This document shows positions 40,335-51,563 of a DNA stretch of 64,000 nucleotides, piece after piece. The notes beneath the pieces were generated by a model that had not been told where the DNA came from, made no database searches, and was given only the letters and a program-made list of their open reading frames with translations. Source of the DNA: Thiotrichaceae bacterium UBA973 (GTDB taxonomy: Bacteria; Pseudomonadota; Gammaproteobacteria; Eutrophobiales; Eutrophobiaceae); contig DBBX01000027.1 of the NCBI GenBank assembly GCA_002292815.1, positions 64,372 through 128,371 on the forward strand. Direction: 5' to 3'. The position numbers and the translations under genes were made by a program. Each line of letters starts with the position of its first letter. Position 1 is the stretch's first letter.

Positions 40335-41206
40335 TGGCAATTTTAATCGACAAAAACACTAAAGTAATTGTGCAAGGTTTTACCGGTCGTCAAGGTACAT
40401 TCCATTCAGAACAAGCCATTGAATACGGAACACAACTAGTTGGTGGCGTTACTCCTGGGAAGGGTGGTGAAAAACATCTGAACAAGCCTGTGTTTGATAC
40501 GGTTACAGACGCAGTAAATGAAACTGGGGCTAATGCAAGCATGATTATGGTACCGCCTGCATTCGCAGCAGAAGCGATAACAGAAGCTGCAGAAGCCGGA
40601 ATTAATATCATCGTCTGTATCACTGAAGGCATACCAGTATTAGACATGGTTAAGGCAAGAGCTTATGTTGACCAATTTCCAGAGATAAGACTTGTTGGGC
40701 CTAACTGTCCCGGCGTCATTACGCCTGGCCAATGCAAGATAGGCATAATGCCAGGCAGTATTCATAAAGTTGGCAGTATCGGCGTAGTTTCACGCTCAGG
40801 AACACTGACCTACGAAGCGGTTCATCAAACCACAATGAACGGACTTGGACAAAGTACTTGTGTGGGTATTGGCGGCGATCCTATTAATGGCACGAACTTC
40901 ATTGATTGCTTGGCGTTATTTCAAGAAGATCCTGATACGAAAGGTATCATAATGGTTGGTGAGATAGGTGGCACAGCAGAAGAAGAAGCAGCACAGTTTA
41001 TTAAGGATAATGTTACTAAACCTGTCGTTGGCTACATCGCTGGCGTCACTGCCCCGCCCGGAAAAAGAATGGGCCATGCTGGCGCTATTATTTCAGGAGG
41101 GAAAGGGACTGCCGATGATAAATTTGCCGCTCTTGATGAAGCAAATGTTAAAACTGTTCGCTCACCAAGTGAACTAGGAACTGCCATTGCATCCATAATG
41201 CCCTAG
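40334..41206 (+). CDS. sucD: succinyl-CoA ligase alpha subunit
   Basis: '[18 protein letters not shown]...GGVTPGKGG'. Overlaps the sucC stop. Confidence 0.9.
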
Positions 41207-41255
41207 CCTTTTATCAAGGATTAATATATCTACCCTAAACTTGAACACATCTTTT

Positions 41256-41282
41256 ATCTGCTTGTTATTTTAACAAGCAGAT
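41256..41282 (+). terminator. hairpin downstream of sucD (11-bp stem ATCTGCTTGTT/AACAAGCAGAT, TTTT loop), weak T-tract
   Basis: Perfect inverted repeat read directly. The following T-run is interrupted, so it is only a moderate intrinsic-terminator candidate. Confidence 0.4.
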
Positions 41283-41320
41283 AAAATCAGTTTCTAGGCT
41301 TTTAGTTAGATCATGAAAAC

Positions 41321-42955
41321 ATGTCTGCAAATCAACTGCATATTATACTAGCTCAATTAAACCTTACCGTTGGCGATCTTGAGGGTAATACAAAAAAAAT
41401 AATTGCGTCTATAGATACTGCTTGTTCAACTTATAACGCTGACATAATTATTTTCCCAGAACTCACTATTAGTTCTTACCCGCCAGAAGATTTACTATTA
41501 AGACCTGCTTTCCTAGACACTACGAGAAAAGCACTAGATGAAATTATAACTGCTACAAATAACATTCATGTACTAATCGGTTATCCCTGTTTACATGAAG
41601 GTGAGCTATACAATGCTTGCAGCCTTATTAAAAACAAAAAAATATTACAAACCTATTTCAAACAAAACTTGCCGAACTACGGTGTGTTCGATGAAAAACG
41701 TTATTTCAAGAAAGGAACCGAACATTGCTTGTTTGACATTAATGGTATTAAAGCAGCAATAAGTATCTGCGAAGATGTCTGGGTACCAGAGTTCACTCAA
41801 GAGATTGCAGCCGCAGGAGCGCAACTTTTATTTAATATGAATGCATCGCCCTATCATAAAAACAAGTTATCACAACGAGAAGAAATAATTTCAAAACAAG
41901 CTTTGAACTCAGGTTTGTATATCGTCTATACCAACCTAGTAGGCGGCCAAGACGAACTCGTGTTTGATGGCAACTCAATGATTATTGATAATCATGGCAA
42001 ACGTATTTTCCATGCACCACAATTTATAGAAGGCTTATACAGTACTACATTAGATTTAGAGTGCCCGAATAATCATAAACTAAATAATGTATATACTGCG
42101 CCATCAAACGAGGAAGAGAATATATACAACGCACTTGTCCTTGGCGTAAAAGATTACGTAAGAAAGAATAACTTTAAAGGAGCGCTTATTGGTCTATCAG
42201 GCGGAATCGATTCAGCACTCACTCTCAGCATTGCTGTCGATGCTTTAGGATCTAAAAATGTTGAAGTATTGATTATGCCTTCGCGCTATACCGCAGACAT
42301 GAGTAATGAAGATGCCTGTCTACAAGCAAAAATGCTTAATGTTGATTATGAAATAATTTCTATTGAACAACCTTTTGAAGCTTTGCTAAAAGCACTAGAA
42401 CCTCGTTTTAAAGATTTACCTACCGACACTACAGAAGAAAATATTCAGGCCCGTTGTAGAGGCATTTTACTCATGGCGGTTTCCAATAAAAGTGGAAAGA
42501 TAGTTTTAACAACCGGAAACAAAAGTGAAATGGCTGTTGGTTATGCCACGCTCTATGGTGATATGGCGGGCGGCTATGCGCCACTCAAAGACGTATGGAA
42601 AACGCTGGTCTACCGACTCGCAAAATGGCGTAATACGCAACAAGCTGTAATACCAGAAAGAGTCATCGATAGACCCCCTACAGCCGAGCTACGTCATGAT
42701 CAACTGGATCAAGACTCACTGCCTGATTATGAGATTCTGGATCCTATTCTTGAGCAATATATAGAGCTTGATAGGCATCCGAAAAAAATTATTGCCGCAG
42801 GCTATGATGCAGACGCTGTATATAAACTTATTGCTCTGGTAGATAGAAATGAATATAAGCGTAGACAAGCAGCGCCAGGAGTCAGAATAACTGAAAGGGC
42901 TTTTGGCAGAGATCGCCGTTATCCTATTAGTTCGGGTTATACAGAAAATAAATGA
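41321..42955 (+). CDS. nadE: glutamine-dependent NAD+ synthetase
   Basis: 544 aa. N-terminal CN-hydrolase (nitrilase) domain + C-terminal NAD synthetase with 'GLSGGIDSAL' PP-loop motif. Confidence 0.85.
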   Translation: MSANQLHIILAQLNLTVGDLEGNTKKIIASIDTACSTYNADIIIFPELTISSYPPEDLLLRPAFLDTTRKALDEIITATNNIHVLIGYPCLHEGELYNACSLIKNKKILQTYFKQNLPNYGVFDEKRYFKKGTEHCLFDINGIKAAISICEDVWVPEFTQEIAAAGAQLLFNMNASPYHKNKLSQREEIISKQALNSGLYIVYTNLVGGQDELVFDGNSMIIDNHGKRIFHAPQFIEGLYSTTLDLECPNNHKLNNVYTAPSNEEENIYNALVLGVKDYVRKNNFKGALIGLSGGIDSALTLSIAVDALGSKNVEVLIMPSRYTADMSNEDACLQAKMLNVDYEIISIEQPFEALLKALEPRFKDLPTDTTEENIQARCRGILLMAVSNKSGKIVLTTGNKSEMAVGYATLYGDMAGGYAPLKDVWKTLVYRLAKWRNTQQAVIPERVIDRPPTAELRHDQLDQDSLPDYEILDPILEQYIELDRHPKKIIAAGYDADAVYKLIALVDRNEYKRRQAAPGVRITERAFGRDRRYPISSGYTENK

Positions 42956-43729
42956 TTATTTAACGACTTCTATTTCCTTCACTTCATAAAGCCCGGGATG
43001 ATTAGGGTAATTCAGTTCTAGCACACGTAACGCATCATTGGAAAGATCATCCATCTCCAGTACTCGGTAGGCCTTGGCCATAACAACTAAGGCATCAGGA
43101 ACAGATGGTGTCTTGGGGTAATTTTCTATCACATACCTGCCCCTGTTAACAGCTGCGACGAATGCCCCTCGACGCATATAATAATTAGCGACATGCACCT
43201 CATTTTTTGCCAGGATATTTCGTAAATAACGCATCCGCTTTGCTGAATCTGCTACATACTGGCTTTCGGGAAACCGTTTAACAAGCTCAGAAAATTCCTG
43301 GAAGGCACTAAAAGCTGCACCCGGGTCACGTTGAGATTCATCTGTAGGCATATAACGCTGCATCATGCCCTTGCCTCGATTAAAGTGCGTCAAACCTTTT
43401 AGGTAATAGGTATAATCGACGTGTGCATTTTGAGGGTATAATTTAATAAATCGATTACATGCTGCAATTGCAGCATCCGGTTCTTCATTCTTGTAATGAG
43501 CAAAAGCTAAATCCATTAATGCTTGTTGCGCATGGACACCGAATGGGAATCTGGTCTCTAATTTTTGATAATACTCGACTGCCTTATCAAATGAGCCAGA
43601 GTCCAGTTCTCCCCTTGCCTCAGTATAGAGTCGATCAGCATCCCAAGCAGCAGTATCATCGCCCTTATCTTTGAAATGAGAACAGCCTGAAATTATAAAA
43701 ATCAGTAAAAATATTATTGAATGTCGCAT
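42956..43729 (-). CDS. bamD: outer membrane protein assembly factor BamD (YfiO lipoprotein)
   Basis: Lipoprotein signal 'LIFIISGCSHF'. TPR-like repeats. Conserved bamD-rluD-pgeF neighbourhood. Confidence 0.8.
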   Translation of the reverse strand: MRHSIIFLLIFIISGCSHFKDKGDDTAAWDADRLYTEARGELDSGSFDKAVEYYQKLETRFPFGVHAQQALMDLAFAHYKNEEPDAAIAACNRFIKLYPQNAHVDYTYYLKGLTHFNRGKGMMQRYMPTDESQRDPGAAFSAFQEFSELVKRFPESQYVADSAKRMRYLRNILAKNEVHVANYYMRRGAFVAAVNRGRYVIENYPKTPSVPDALVVMAKAYRVLEMDDLSNDALRVLELNYPNHPGLYEVKEIEVVK

Positions 43730-43768
43730 AGACTGTAGGTTAGCTCAAACCCATCTTGAGGGCAAAGC

Positions 43769-44722
43769 TTGAAACATATGCCTAAACTTCAATTACAAAT
43801 AATCATACCGGAAGAACTCGCAGGCAGACGTCTGGATCAAGCGCTTTCTCAACTAGTCCCCGAACATTCACGTTCAAGGATCCAATCATGGATTAGGGCT
43901 GGAGATGTGAGCGTCAATAAATCAACCTATAAACAACGGACTGAAGTACACAACGGTGACATTATTGAAATAAATACTGAAATTAACAACATCGATAAGC
44001 ACCAGGCCGAAGCAATCAATTTAACTATTCTGCATGAAGACGAGTCTTTAATTATTATTAACAAACCTGCTGGACTGATCGTCCATCCTGGCGCAGGAAA
44101 TCCTAACCACACATTAGTTAATGCCTTGTTGAATTTTGACGAAAACCTTGACGCTATTCCACGAGCGGGGATCATTCATCGTCTTGATAAAGACACCACG
44201 GGGGTGTTAGTTGTTGCACGAACACTTGAAGCGCATACGAGTTTAGTCGATCAACTTCAAAAACGAGATATAAAGCGTCAATACCAAGCGATAGTCTGTG
44301 GTCAACTCACCTCCGGTGGCTCTATTGAAAACAAGATGGGGCGCCACCCGAAACAACGGATTAAAATGGCTGTGACGAATAACGGGAAAATAGCGACTAC
44401 GCACTATAGGATACTCAAGAAATATCAACATTACACGCACCTACATGTGCAACTGGAAACAGGGCGTACACATCAAATACGCGTTCACATGTCTCATATT
44501 AAACACCCAATAGTTGGTGACCCGGTGTATGGAAATAATAAATCTATTCGAAAGGGGGTAGATTCATCACTTCGTGATTTCATCCTTAATTTTAATCGCC
44601 AAGCTTTGCATGCCTTTTCACTTGAACTAACTCATCCTGAAAGCAAGCAAGAAATGAAGTTTATTGCGGAATTACCCAACGATATAAAATCGTTAATCGA
44701 TGCTTTAAATAGTTATGACTAA
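43769..44722 (+). CDS. rluD: 23S rRNA pseudouridine synthase RluD
   Basis: S4 domain N-terminus. 'HRLDKDTTGVLVVA' catalytic Asp motif. 317 aa. Confidence 0.85.
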   Translation: MKHMPKLQLQIIIPEELAGRRLDQALSQLVPEHSRSRIQSWIRAGDVSVNKSTYKQRTEVHNGDIIEINTEINNIDKHQAEAINLTILHEDESLIIINKPAGLIVHPGAGNPNHTLVNALLNFDENLDAIPRAGIIHRLDKDTTGVLVVARTLEAHTSLVDQLQKRDIKRQYQAIVCGQLTSGGSIENKMGRHPKQRIKMAVTNNGKIATTHYRILKKYQHYTHLHVQLETGRTHQIRVHMSHIKHPIVGDPVYGNNKSIRKGVDSSLRDFILNFNRQALHAFSLELTHPESKQEMKFIAELPNDIKSLIDALNSYD

Positions 44723-45458
44723 ACCGTCAGATGATCGATGGCTGTGGGCAAATTGGCCTGCACCAGGAAATGTACATGCCGGCACGTCTCTCAGAAATGG
44801 GGGTATTAGCCTCTCTCCTTTTAACGATCTCAATCTCGGGCTGCATGTGGGAGATGATGAGAAAGACGTCTTGAATAATCGGAAAATATTATCCCAACAT
44901 CTAAAGTTAGTTTCAGAACCCGTTTGGTTGGAACAAACGCACAGCTCCAACATTATATCTTTAGACAATCATCACAAAAACATCTCTGCTGATGGCAGCT
45001 ATACAACGAAGCAATATAATGTGTGCACTATCATGACAGCAGACTGTGTACCTATATTATTTTGTAATACCGCTGGCTCAAAAGTCGCCGCTATTCATGC
45101 TGGTTGGAGAGGTATCTGTAACGGAATAATTGAAAAAGCTGTTAATGTATACTCAAATCCAGACGCAGTATTAGCATGGATAGGCCCATGCATCAGCAGT
45201 AACCACTATGAAGTAGGCAAAGAGGTTTATGAACGATGCATAGCGCACAAAACTTCACTCAAGGGTGCTTTCATCCAGATAAACGAAAATCATTGGCGAT
45301 GCGGGTTAGTTAATATGGTAAAAATAATTCTTAAAAACTCCGGCATTAGAATGATTTATGACTGTGAATTATGTACCTATACGATGAACGAACTCTTATA
45401 TTCATATCGGCGCGAAGGAGTTACAGGACGTACAGCTTCTATGATTTGGATGGAATAG
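44715..45458 (+). CDS. pgeF: peptidoglycan editing factor PgeF (YfiH/laccase-domain protein)
   Basis: 'AAIHAGWRG' and a Cys-His pattern ('CGPCIS', 'HYEVG'). Overlaps the rluD stop by 8 nt. Confidence 0.8.
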   Translation: MTKPSDDRWLWANWPAPGNVHAGTSLRNGGISLSPFNDLNLGLHVGDDEKDVLNNRKILSQHLKLVSEPVWLEQTHSSNIISLDNHHKNISADGSYTTKQYNVCTIMTADCVPILFCNTAGSKVAAIHAGWRGICNGIIEKAVNVYSNPDAVLAWIGPCISSNHYEVGKEVYERCIAHKTSLKGAFIQINENHWRCGLVNMVKIILKNSGIRMIYDCELCTYTMNELLYSYRREGVTGRTASMIWME

Positions 45459-45522
45459 TAGAAATATTAGACTAAGCTTTATTTAATATATAAGAACTGA
45501 ATTAATCATCAGGGGAAGAAAA

Positions 45523-46950
45523 ATGGGGCAAAAGAAGAATAATAAATCACTAAGTTTCAGCGAGAGCGTCAACTTCATGGTTGATCGTGCATTATCCGTT
45601 CTTGAGATTGACTCTGGCATTTCAGCCGCTCTCAAAGCTTGTAATTCAACCATAAAAATAAATTTCCCAGTAGAAATCAACGGCAAAATAGAAGTCTTCA
45701 CTGGGTGGCGTTCTGTGCATAGTGACCATAGATTGCCTTCAAAGGGTGGTATTCGATTCGCTCCTATCGTTAATGAAGATGAAGTCGAGGCCTTGGCGTC
45801 ACTAATGACATATAAATGTGCCATCGTTGACGTGCCTTTTGGTGGTTCAAAAGGTGGTCTATTAATTGATCCTTCCAAATATAAGCGAGATGACTTACAA
45901 AAAATTACTCGAAGATTTGCTCGAGAGCTTGTTAGAAAAGGCTTTCTTAGCCCCGCAAAAAATGTCCCTGCACCCGACATGGGAACAGGAGAAAGGGAGA
46001 TGGCCTGGATAGCCGACACCTATAAGCACCTTCATCCTGAGGATATAAATTATGCCGCGTGCGTCACGGGAAAACCCATTGCCCATGGTGGCATTGTCGG
46101 TAGAACCGAAGCAACCGGCCGTGGAGTGGTTTATGCGATACGTGAATTCTTTCGCAATGCCGATGATGTTCAGGCAGCGAGACTTAAACCGGGGCTTGGT
46201 GGAAAACGCATCGTCATTCAAGGGCTGGGAAACGTGGGCTACTACGCTGCGAAACTTCTGGATGAGGAAGATGAGAGCAACATCATAGCCATCGTTGAAC
46301 GAGATGGCGTACTAATGAATGAGAAAGGCCTTTGTGTCGAAGATGTAAGGATGCACATAAACGAACATAAAACTATAAAAGGATTTCCTGATGCCACCTT
46401 CTCAGAGGATGGTGCAACAGGCTTAGAAATTGAGTGTGACATCTTAATCCCTGCCGCAATGGAAGCTCAAATAACTAGAAAGAATGCTGAAAATATAAAA
46501 ACCAAATTAATTGTTGAAGCAGCGAACGGACCAGTCACTTTTGAGGCTGATGATATTTTACGCCAAAGTGGCGTAACTATATTGCCCGATGCCTATGTCA
46601 ATGCAGGTGGCGTTACTGTTTCATACTTCGAATGGGTGCGTAATCTTGCCCATATTCGATTTGGCAGAATGGAAAGGCGTCATGATGAAATGCGTGGCGC
46701 GCACATGTTACAAATACTTGAAACGATGACAGGAAAACAATCCGAAGAATGGATGCAAAAAGAATTAGTTCAAGGTGCTAACGAACTGGATCTGGTTAGA
46801 TCTGGACTTGATGATACGATGCGTAATAGTTATCAGCAGTTAAAAGAGGCCTATAACTCGGACGATAACATCAACGATTTTAGAACAGCGTCATATGTAG
46901 TCGCAATTCAGAAACTAGTCCGTTCATATATTGATATAGGTGTTTTCTAA
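45523..46950 (+). CDS. gdh: Glu/Leu/Phe/Val-family amino-acid dehydrogenase (glutamate dehydrogenase-like)
   Basis: 'KGGIRF...DVPFGGSKGG' catalytic-region signature. Rossmann 'GLGNVGYYAAKLL'. Confidence 0.8.
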   Translation: MGQKKNNKSLSFSESVNFMVDRALSVLEIDSGISAALKACNSTIKINFPVEINGKIEVFTGWRSVHSDHRLPSKGGIRFAPIVNEDEVEALASLMTYKCAIVDVPFGGSKGGLLIDPSKYKRDDLQKITRRFARELVRKGFLSPAKNVPAPDMGTGEREMAWIADTYKHLHPEDINYAACVTGKPIAHGGIVGRTEATGRGVVYAIREFFRNADDVQAARLKPGLGGKRIVIQGLGNVGYYAAKLLDEEDESNIIAIVERDGVLMNEKGLCVEDVRMHINEHKTIKGFPDATFSEDGATGLEIECDILIPAAMEAQITRKNAENIKTKLIVEAANGPVTFEADDILRQSGVTILPDAYVNAGGVTVSYFEWVRNLAHIRFGRMERRHDEMRGAHMLQILETMTGKQSEEWMQKELVQGANELDLVRSGLDDTMRNSYQQLKEAYNSDDNINDFRTASYVVAIQKLVRSYIDIGVF

Positions 46951-46971
46951 ATTAAGTCATTATGTTTTTTC

Positions 46972-47003
46972 CAATTGCAATAACAAGCTTGTTATTGCAA
47001 TTG
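46972..47003 (+). terminator. 32-nt perfect palindrome CAATTGCAATAACAAGCTTGTTATTGCAATTG followed by TTCTCTT; intrinsic terminator of gdh
   Basis: Perfect inverted repeat centred on AAGCTT, 22 nt after the gdh stop, followed by a T-rich tract. Confidence 0.65.
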
Positions 47004-47029
47004 TTCTCTTAGCGATATCCTCAATAACA

Positions 47030-47058
47030 CTTGAATCTCTATCAATTGGCCATACTTA
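47030..47058 (+). promoter_or_regulatory. candidate sigma-32 heat-shock promoter of clpB (CTTGAA-N14-CCATACTTA)
   Basis: Matches sigma-32 consensus CTTGAA-N13-15-CCCCATnT at -35 (6/6) and partially at -10. Lies 35 nt upstream of the clpB ATG. Confidence 0.4.
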
Positions 47059-47092
47059 ATAGTTCAATTACTACAAAATTAAGGTTACGTAA

Positions 47093-49690
47093 ATGAGACA
47101 CGATAAATTGACGACAAAGTTGCAAATGGCTCTGGCAGAGGCACAAAGTTTAGCCGTTGGTCGTGAACATCAGTATATTGAACCCGTACATTTAGCCCAT
47201 AGCCTATTAAATCAGGATGGGGGAACTCTTTCTCACATACTCTCCAGTTCAGATATCAACCTGAATAAACTTGGAGCCGAACTGAGTAAATTGCTAGACA
47301 CGATGCCTACGGTTAGTGGCAGTGGTTCAGCGGGTGATGTCCATATCAGCAGAGATCTTGAACGATTATTGAATGTAATGGATAAAACTGCTCAGGATAG
47401 AAATGATGACTATATCGCCAGTGAACTCTTCGCCATAGCTGCGCTAGAAGATAAAGGTAGACTGGGAGAGATTTTTCGTCAATCTGGTGCAGATAAAAAT
47501 AAATTAAATAACACGATAGATAAGCTGCGCGGTGGCGAAAAAGTTAGCGATTCAAATGCAGAAGAAAACCGACAGGCACTGGAAAAATATACCACTGACC
47601 TCACAGCTCGTGCGGAAAACGGAAAACTTGATCCGGTAATTGGTCGTGATGAAGAGATCCGACGCACTATTCAGGTATTACAACGCCGCACTAAAAATAA
47701 TCCTGTCCTGATTGGAGAACCCGGTGTAGGTAAAACCGCAATTGTAGAGGGTTTGGCACAGCGTATTGTCAATGGAGAAGTCCCTGAATCTTTAAAACAC
47801 AAAAGAGTATTATCGCTTGATATGGGGGCATTAATTGCTGGCGCAAAATTTCGTGGTGAATTCGAAGAACGCTTAAAAGCAGTATTGAATGATTTGTCAA
47901 AGCAGGAAGGCCAAATAATCTTATTCATAGATGAAGTGCATACCATGGTCGGTGCCGGAAAGGCCGAAGGCGCAATGGATGCAGGAAATATGCTTAAACC
48001 TGCTCTGGCAAGGGGTGAGCTTCACTGTGTCGGCGCGACAACCCTGAATGAATATCGTGAAAATATTGAAAAAGACGCTGCCTTGGAACGACGTTTCCAA
48101 AAGGTATTGGTCAATGAACCGACTGTTGAAGACACCATAGCAATTCTGCGCGGCCTCAAAGAGCGCTACGAAGTACATCACAACGTGCAGATAACAGATC
48201 CCGCCATCGTCGCTGCAGCAACATTATCTAATCGCTATATCACAGACAGGCAGCTACCTGATAAAGCCATTGACTTAATTGATGAATCTGCAAGTCGAAT
48301 CAGTATTGAGATTGACTCAAAACCAGAATCCATGGACCGTCTCGAACGCAGATTAATCCAGATGAAGATCGAACGTGAAGCATTAAAAAAAGAAACCGAT
48401 GCAGCCTCTAAAAAACGTCTTGAATTGCTCGACGAAGAAATTAAAAAGATTGAACGTGAATTCACTGATTTGGAAGAAATATGGGTATCAGAAAAAGCGG
48501 CCTTACAAGGCTCGCATAACATTAAAGAAAAACTGGAACAGGCAAGAATCGATTTTGAAGCTGCTAAACGTACTGGCGATTTAAATCGCATGTCGGAACT
48601 TCAGTACGGTGTTATTCCTGGACTTGAAAAGCAACTGGATCTGGAGAGTCAGGCAGATATGCCAGAGATGACGTTACTTCGAAACAAAGTGACTGAGAAT
48701 GAAATTGCAGAAGTTGTTGCAAATTGGACCGGAATCCCTGTTAGTAAAATGCTCGAAGGCGAACGTGAGAAGCTGTTGTCTATGGAAGACATATTACATA
48801 ATCGGGTCATTGGACAGGAACAAGCCATTACAGCAGTTTCCAATGCCATTCGTCGCTCACGTGCTGGGCTTTCCGATCCAGACAAGCCTAATGGCAGTTT
48901 CCTGTTTCTCGGACCAACGGGGGTTGGTAAGACGGAGCTTTGTAAAAGCCTGTCAGAATTTTTATTCGATAGTGAAGATGCGATTATTCGCATAGATATG
49001 TCCGAATACATGGAAAAACACGCTGTCGCTAGATTAATCGGTGCTCCGCCAGGTTATGTCGGTTACGAACAAGGCGGTTATTTAACTGAAGCCGTCCGCC
49101 GTCGCCCATATAGCCTGATATTACTGGATGAAATCGAGAAGGCTCACGCCGATGTATTCAACATTCTGTTACAAGTGCTTGATGATGGTCGCTTAACAGA
49201 CGGGCATGGCCGTACTGTTGATTTTAGAAATACGGTTATCGTGATGACCTCTAATTTAGGTTCTGACCTGATACAAGAAATGTCCGCTGATTCAGAATAT
49301 GACAATATGAAAGAAGTGGTGCTGCATGAAGTCAGCAATCATTTCAGACCCGAGTTCCTCAACCGCATTGATGAAGTTGTTGTTTTCCATGCCTTAATAC
49401 AGAGACAAATTATGGCGATTGCAGAAATTCAGGTCGATCGTTTACGTAAGCGTTTACATGATCAGGATATCTCTCTTGAATTGAGCTCAGAAGCTATAAA
49501 TAATCTAGGCTTGGCAGGGTTTGATCCTGTCTATGGTGCACGACCTCTAAAACGTGTCATTCAGGATAAACTTGAGACGCCAATAGCGGAAAGAATACTA
49601 TCAGGCCAATATTGTGCTGGCGCTGTGATAAAAATTGATGTCGCCAATGAGAAATTAATTTTCACTGCATTAGAAACAGATGCATCCTGA
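47093..49690 (+). CDS. clpB: chaperone ClpB (AAA+ disaggregase)
   Basis: 865 aa. Two Walker A sites ('GEPGVGKT', 'GPTGVGKT'). Coiled-coil middle domain. Confidence 0.92.
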   Translation: MRHDKLTTKLQMALAEAQSLAVGREHQYIEPVHLAHSLLNQDGGTLSHILSSSDINLNKLGAELSKLLDTMPTVSGSGSAGDVHISRDLERLLNVMDKTAQDRNDDYIASELFAIAALEDKGRLGEIFRQSGADKNKLNNTIDKLRGGEKVSDSNAEENRQALEKYTTDLTARAENGKLDPVIGRDEEIRRTIQVLQRRTKNNPVLIGEPGVGKTAIVEGLAQRIVNGEVPESLKHKRVLSLDMGALIAGAKFRGEFEERLKAVLNDLSKQEGQIILFIDEVHTMVGAGKAEGAMDAGNMLKPALARGELHCVGATTLNEYRENIEKDAALERRFQKVLVNEPTVEDTIAILRGLKERYEVHHNVQITDPAIVAAATLSNRYITDRQLPDKAIDLIDESASRISIEIDSKPESMDRLERRLIQMKIEREALKKETDAASKKRLELLDEEIKKIEREFTDLEEIWVSEKAALQGSHNIKEKLEQARIDFEAAKRTGDLNRMSELQYGVIPGLEKQLDLESQADMPEMTLLRNKVTENEIAEVVANWTGIPVSKMLEGEREKLLSMEDILHNRVIGQEQAITAVSNAIRRSRAGLSDPDKPNGSFLFLGPTGVGKTELCKSLSEFLFDSEDAIIRIDMSEYMEKHAVARLIGAPPGYVGYEQGGYLTEAVRRRPYSLILLDEIEKAHADVFNILLQVLDDGRLTDGHGRTVDFRNTVIVMTSNLGSDLIQEMSADSEYDNMKEVVLHEVSNHFRPEFLNRIDEVVVFHALIQRQIMAIAEIQVDRLRKRLHDQDISLELSSEAINNLGLAGFDPVYGARPLKRVIQDKLETPIAERILSGQYCAGAVIKIDVANEKLIFTALETDAS

Positions 49691-49842
49691 GCAGATTTTT
49701 GACCAATTATTAACAAATAGTCCGGATTTATATATTTTGAGGTGATTAGACCCTATTTATGAGCTAAAACAGTTGGTTATTTACGTCATATAATCTAATA
49801 TTTAACATAAATACTTGATAACAATAGGTCAAGAATACAGTA

Positions 49843-51558
49843 ATGGCTGCTCCAACAAAAAAAATAAATCTCAGTGGGTTAGCGCGCAAACTCGTGCTCG
49901 ATGGCTTACTTGATGAAGAAAAGGCTCAAAGTGCATTCGAAGAGTCTCTGAAGAAGAAAAAACCCTTTGTTAGTCTTATAGTTGAAAACAAGCTTGTCCC
50001 CAGCAGCAGTATTGCACTAGCCGCCGCACACGAGTTTGGCGCACCTTTGGTTGATATTGATCTACTGGAAATAGATCCCGATATAATCAAACTGGTCAAA
50101 GAAGAGCTGATTAAAAAACATCATGCCCTCCCTCTTTTCAAACGAGGCAAACGCTTGGCTGTTGCAGTTTCTGACCCCACAAATATTCAAGCTCTGGATG
50201 AAATTAAATTCGCAACCGGTTTAACAACGGATGCCATCATCGTTGAGGAAGATAAATTAACTAAGAATATTGAAAAGGCTATTGAAGCTGCTGAAGGTGG
50301 TCTGGGAGATATGGACGATGAAGACTTCGATGATCTAGATGATCTGGAAGTTGCTGAAGATGGTCCTCAGGAACAAGATGATACTGAAGTTGATGATGCC
50401 CCCGTTGTGCGTTTTGTCAATAAATGTTTGTTGGATGCTATCAAAAAAGGCGCCTCTGACCTTCATTTTGAACCCTATGAAAAGACATACCGTGTTCGAT
50501 TTCGTATAGACGGGGTTTTAATGGAAGTAGCAAAACCACCGATGAGCCTATCAAGCAAAATAGCAGCCCGTATTAAAGTCATGTCCAGACTGGACGTGTC
50601 TGAACGTCGAGTACCACAGGATGGGCGCATTAAACTAAAACTGTCTAAAACAAAATCAATCGATTTTCGCGTCAGTACATGCCCAACACTATTTGGCGAA
50701 AAGTCTTGTATGCGTATTCTCGATTCAGATGCGGCCGCTCTACAGATTGACCAATTAGGATATGAAGACCACCAGAAAGAAATGTTTCTCACCAACTTGC
50801 ATAAACCTTATGGCATGTTTCTGGTAACAGGCCCAACTGGTTCGGGTAAAACCGTTTCACTGTATACAGGTATCAATATATTAAACACCGAAGATATTAA
50901 TATTTCTACAGCAGAAGACCCGGTTGAAATAAACCTCCCAGGTGTTAATCAGGTTCAGGTAGACGAACGAACTGGAATGACTTTTGAAAAAGCATTAAAA
51001 GCTTTCTTACGTCAAGATCCAGATATTATTTTAGTGGGTGAGGTTCGTGACTTGGGTACGGCATCAATTGCGGTTAAAGCTGCACAAACAGGTCATATGG
51101 TAATGTCTACCCTACATACCAATGACGGTCCACAAACTCTAACGCGTTTACAAGACATGGGCATCCAGGCGTTTGCTGTTGCAACGGCTATCAACCTGAT
51201 TACCGCGCAAAGACTACTACGCCGCCTGAGCCCAAACAATCGAGTACCATTTGAGATGCCTGATGATGCATTAAGAGATGAAGGCTATCCTGAAGACTTA
51301 ATTGCAAAGGGCATTAACTTATTTGAGCCTGGCGAAATAACTGATGATAACCCAGGCTACAAGGGGCGTGCGGGGATATATCAAGTCATGCCTATTTCCG
51401 ATGATATGAAACGCTTAATTATCGAAGGCGCTAATGCGATACAGTTGGCAGATCAATCTGCTGCTGAAGGTATTTGGGATATTCGAAAGTCGGGATTGAT
51501 GAAGGCTGCATCTGGCGTGACCAGTCTTACTGAAGTTAACCGAGTAACCGTAGAGTAA
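49843..51558 (+). CDS. pilB: type IV pilus assembly ATPase PilB
   Basis: N-terminal GSPII_E_N domain. Walker A 'GPTGSGKT'. 571 aa. Followed by pilC-pilD. Confidence 0.88.
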   Translation: MAAPTKKINLSGLARKLVLDGLLDEEKAQSAFEESLKKKKPFVSLIVENKLVPSSSIALAAAHEFGAPLVDIDLLEIDPDIIKLVKEELIKKHHALPLFKRGKRLAVAVSDPTNIQALDEIKFATGLTTDAIIVEEDKLTKNIEKAIEAAEGGLGDMDDEDFDDLDDLEVAEDGPQEQDDTEVDDAPVVRFVNKCLLDAIKKGASDLHFEPYEKTYRVRFRIDGVLMEVAKPPMSLSSKIAARIKVMSRLDVSERRVPQDGRIKLKLSKTKSIDFRVSTCPTLFGEKSCMRILDSDAAALQIDQLGYEDHQKEMFLTNLHKPYGMFLVTGPTGSGKTVSLYTGINILNTEDINISTAEDPVEINLPGVNQVQVDERTGMTFEKALKAFLRQDPDIILVGEVRDLGTASIAVKAAQTGHMVMSTLHTNDGPQTLTRLQDMGIQAFAVATAINLITAQRLLRRLSPNNRVPFEMPDDALRDEGYPEDLIAKGINLFEPGEITDDNPGYKGRAGIYQVMPISDDMKRLIIEGANAIQLADQSAAEGIWDIRKSGLMKAASGVTSLTEVNRVTVE

Positions 51559-51563
51559 CTATT

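Noticed and set aside
45483-46019. 178-aa minus-strand ORF overlapping the 5' end of gdh
   Set aside because: Antisense to a strongly supported GDH gene with canonical motifs. It has no recognisable domain. Typical spurious ORF in GC-richer coding sequence.
48235-49011. Several 60-120 aa ORFs antisense within clpB (and similar within secA, argJ, lpxC, sucD, pilB/pilC, gmd, CotH gene, GT genes)
   Set aside because: All lie fully inside well-supported genes on the opposite strand and are low-complexity (Ser/Arg-rich) translations. No independent promoter or RBS evidence.
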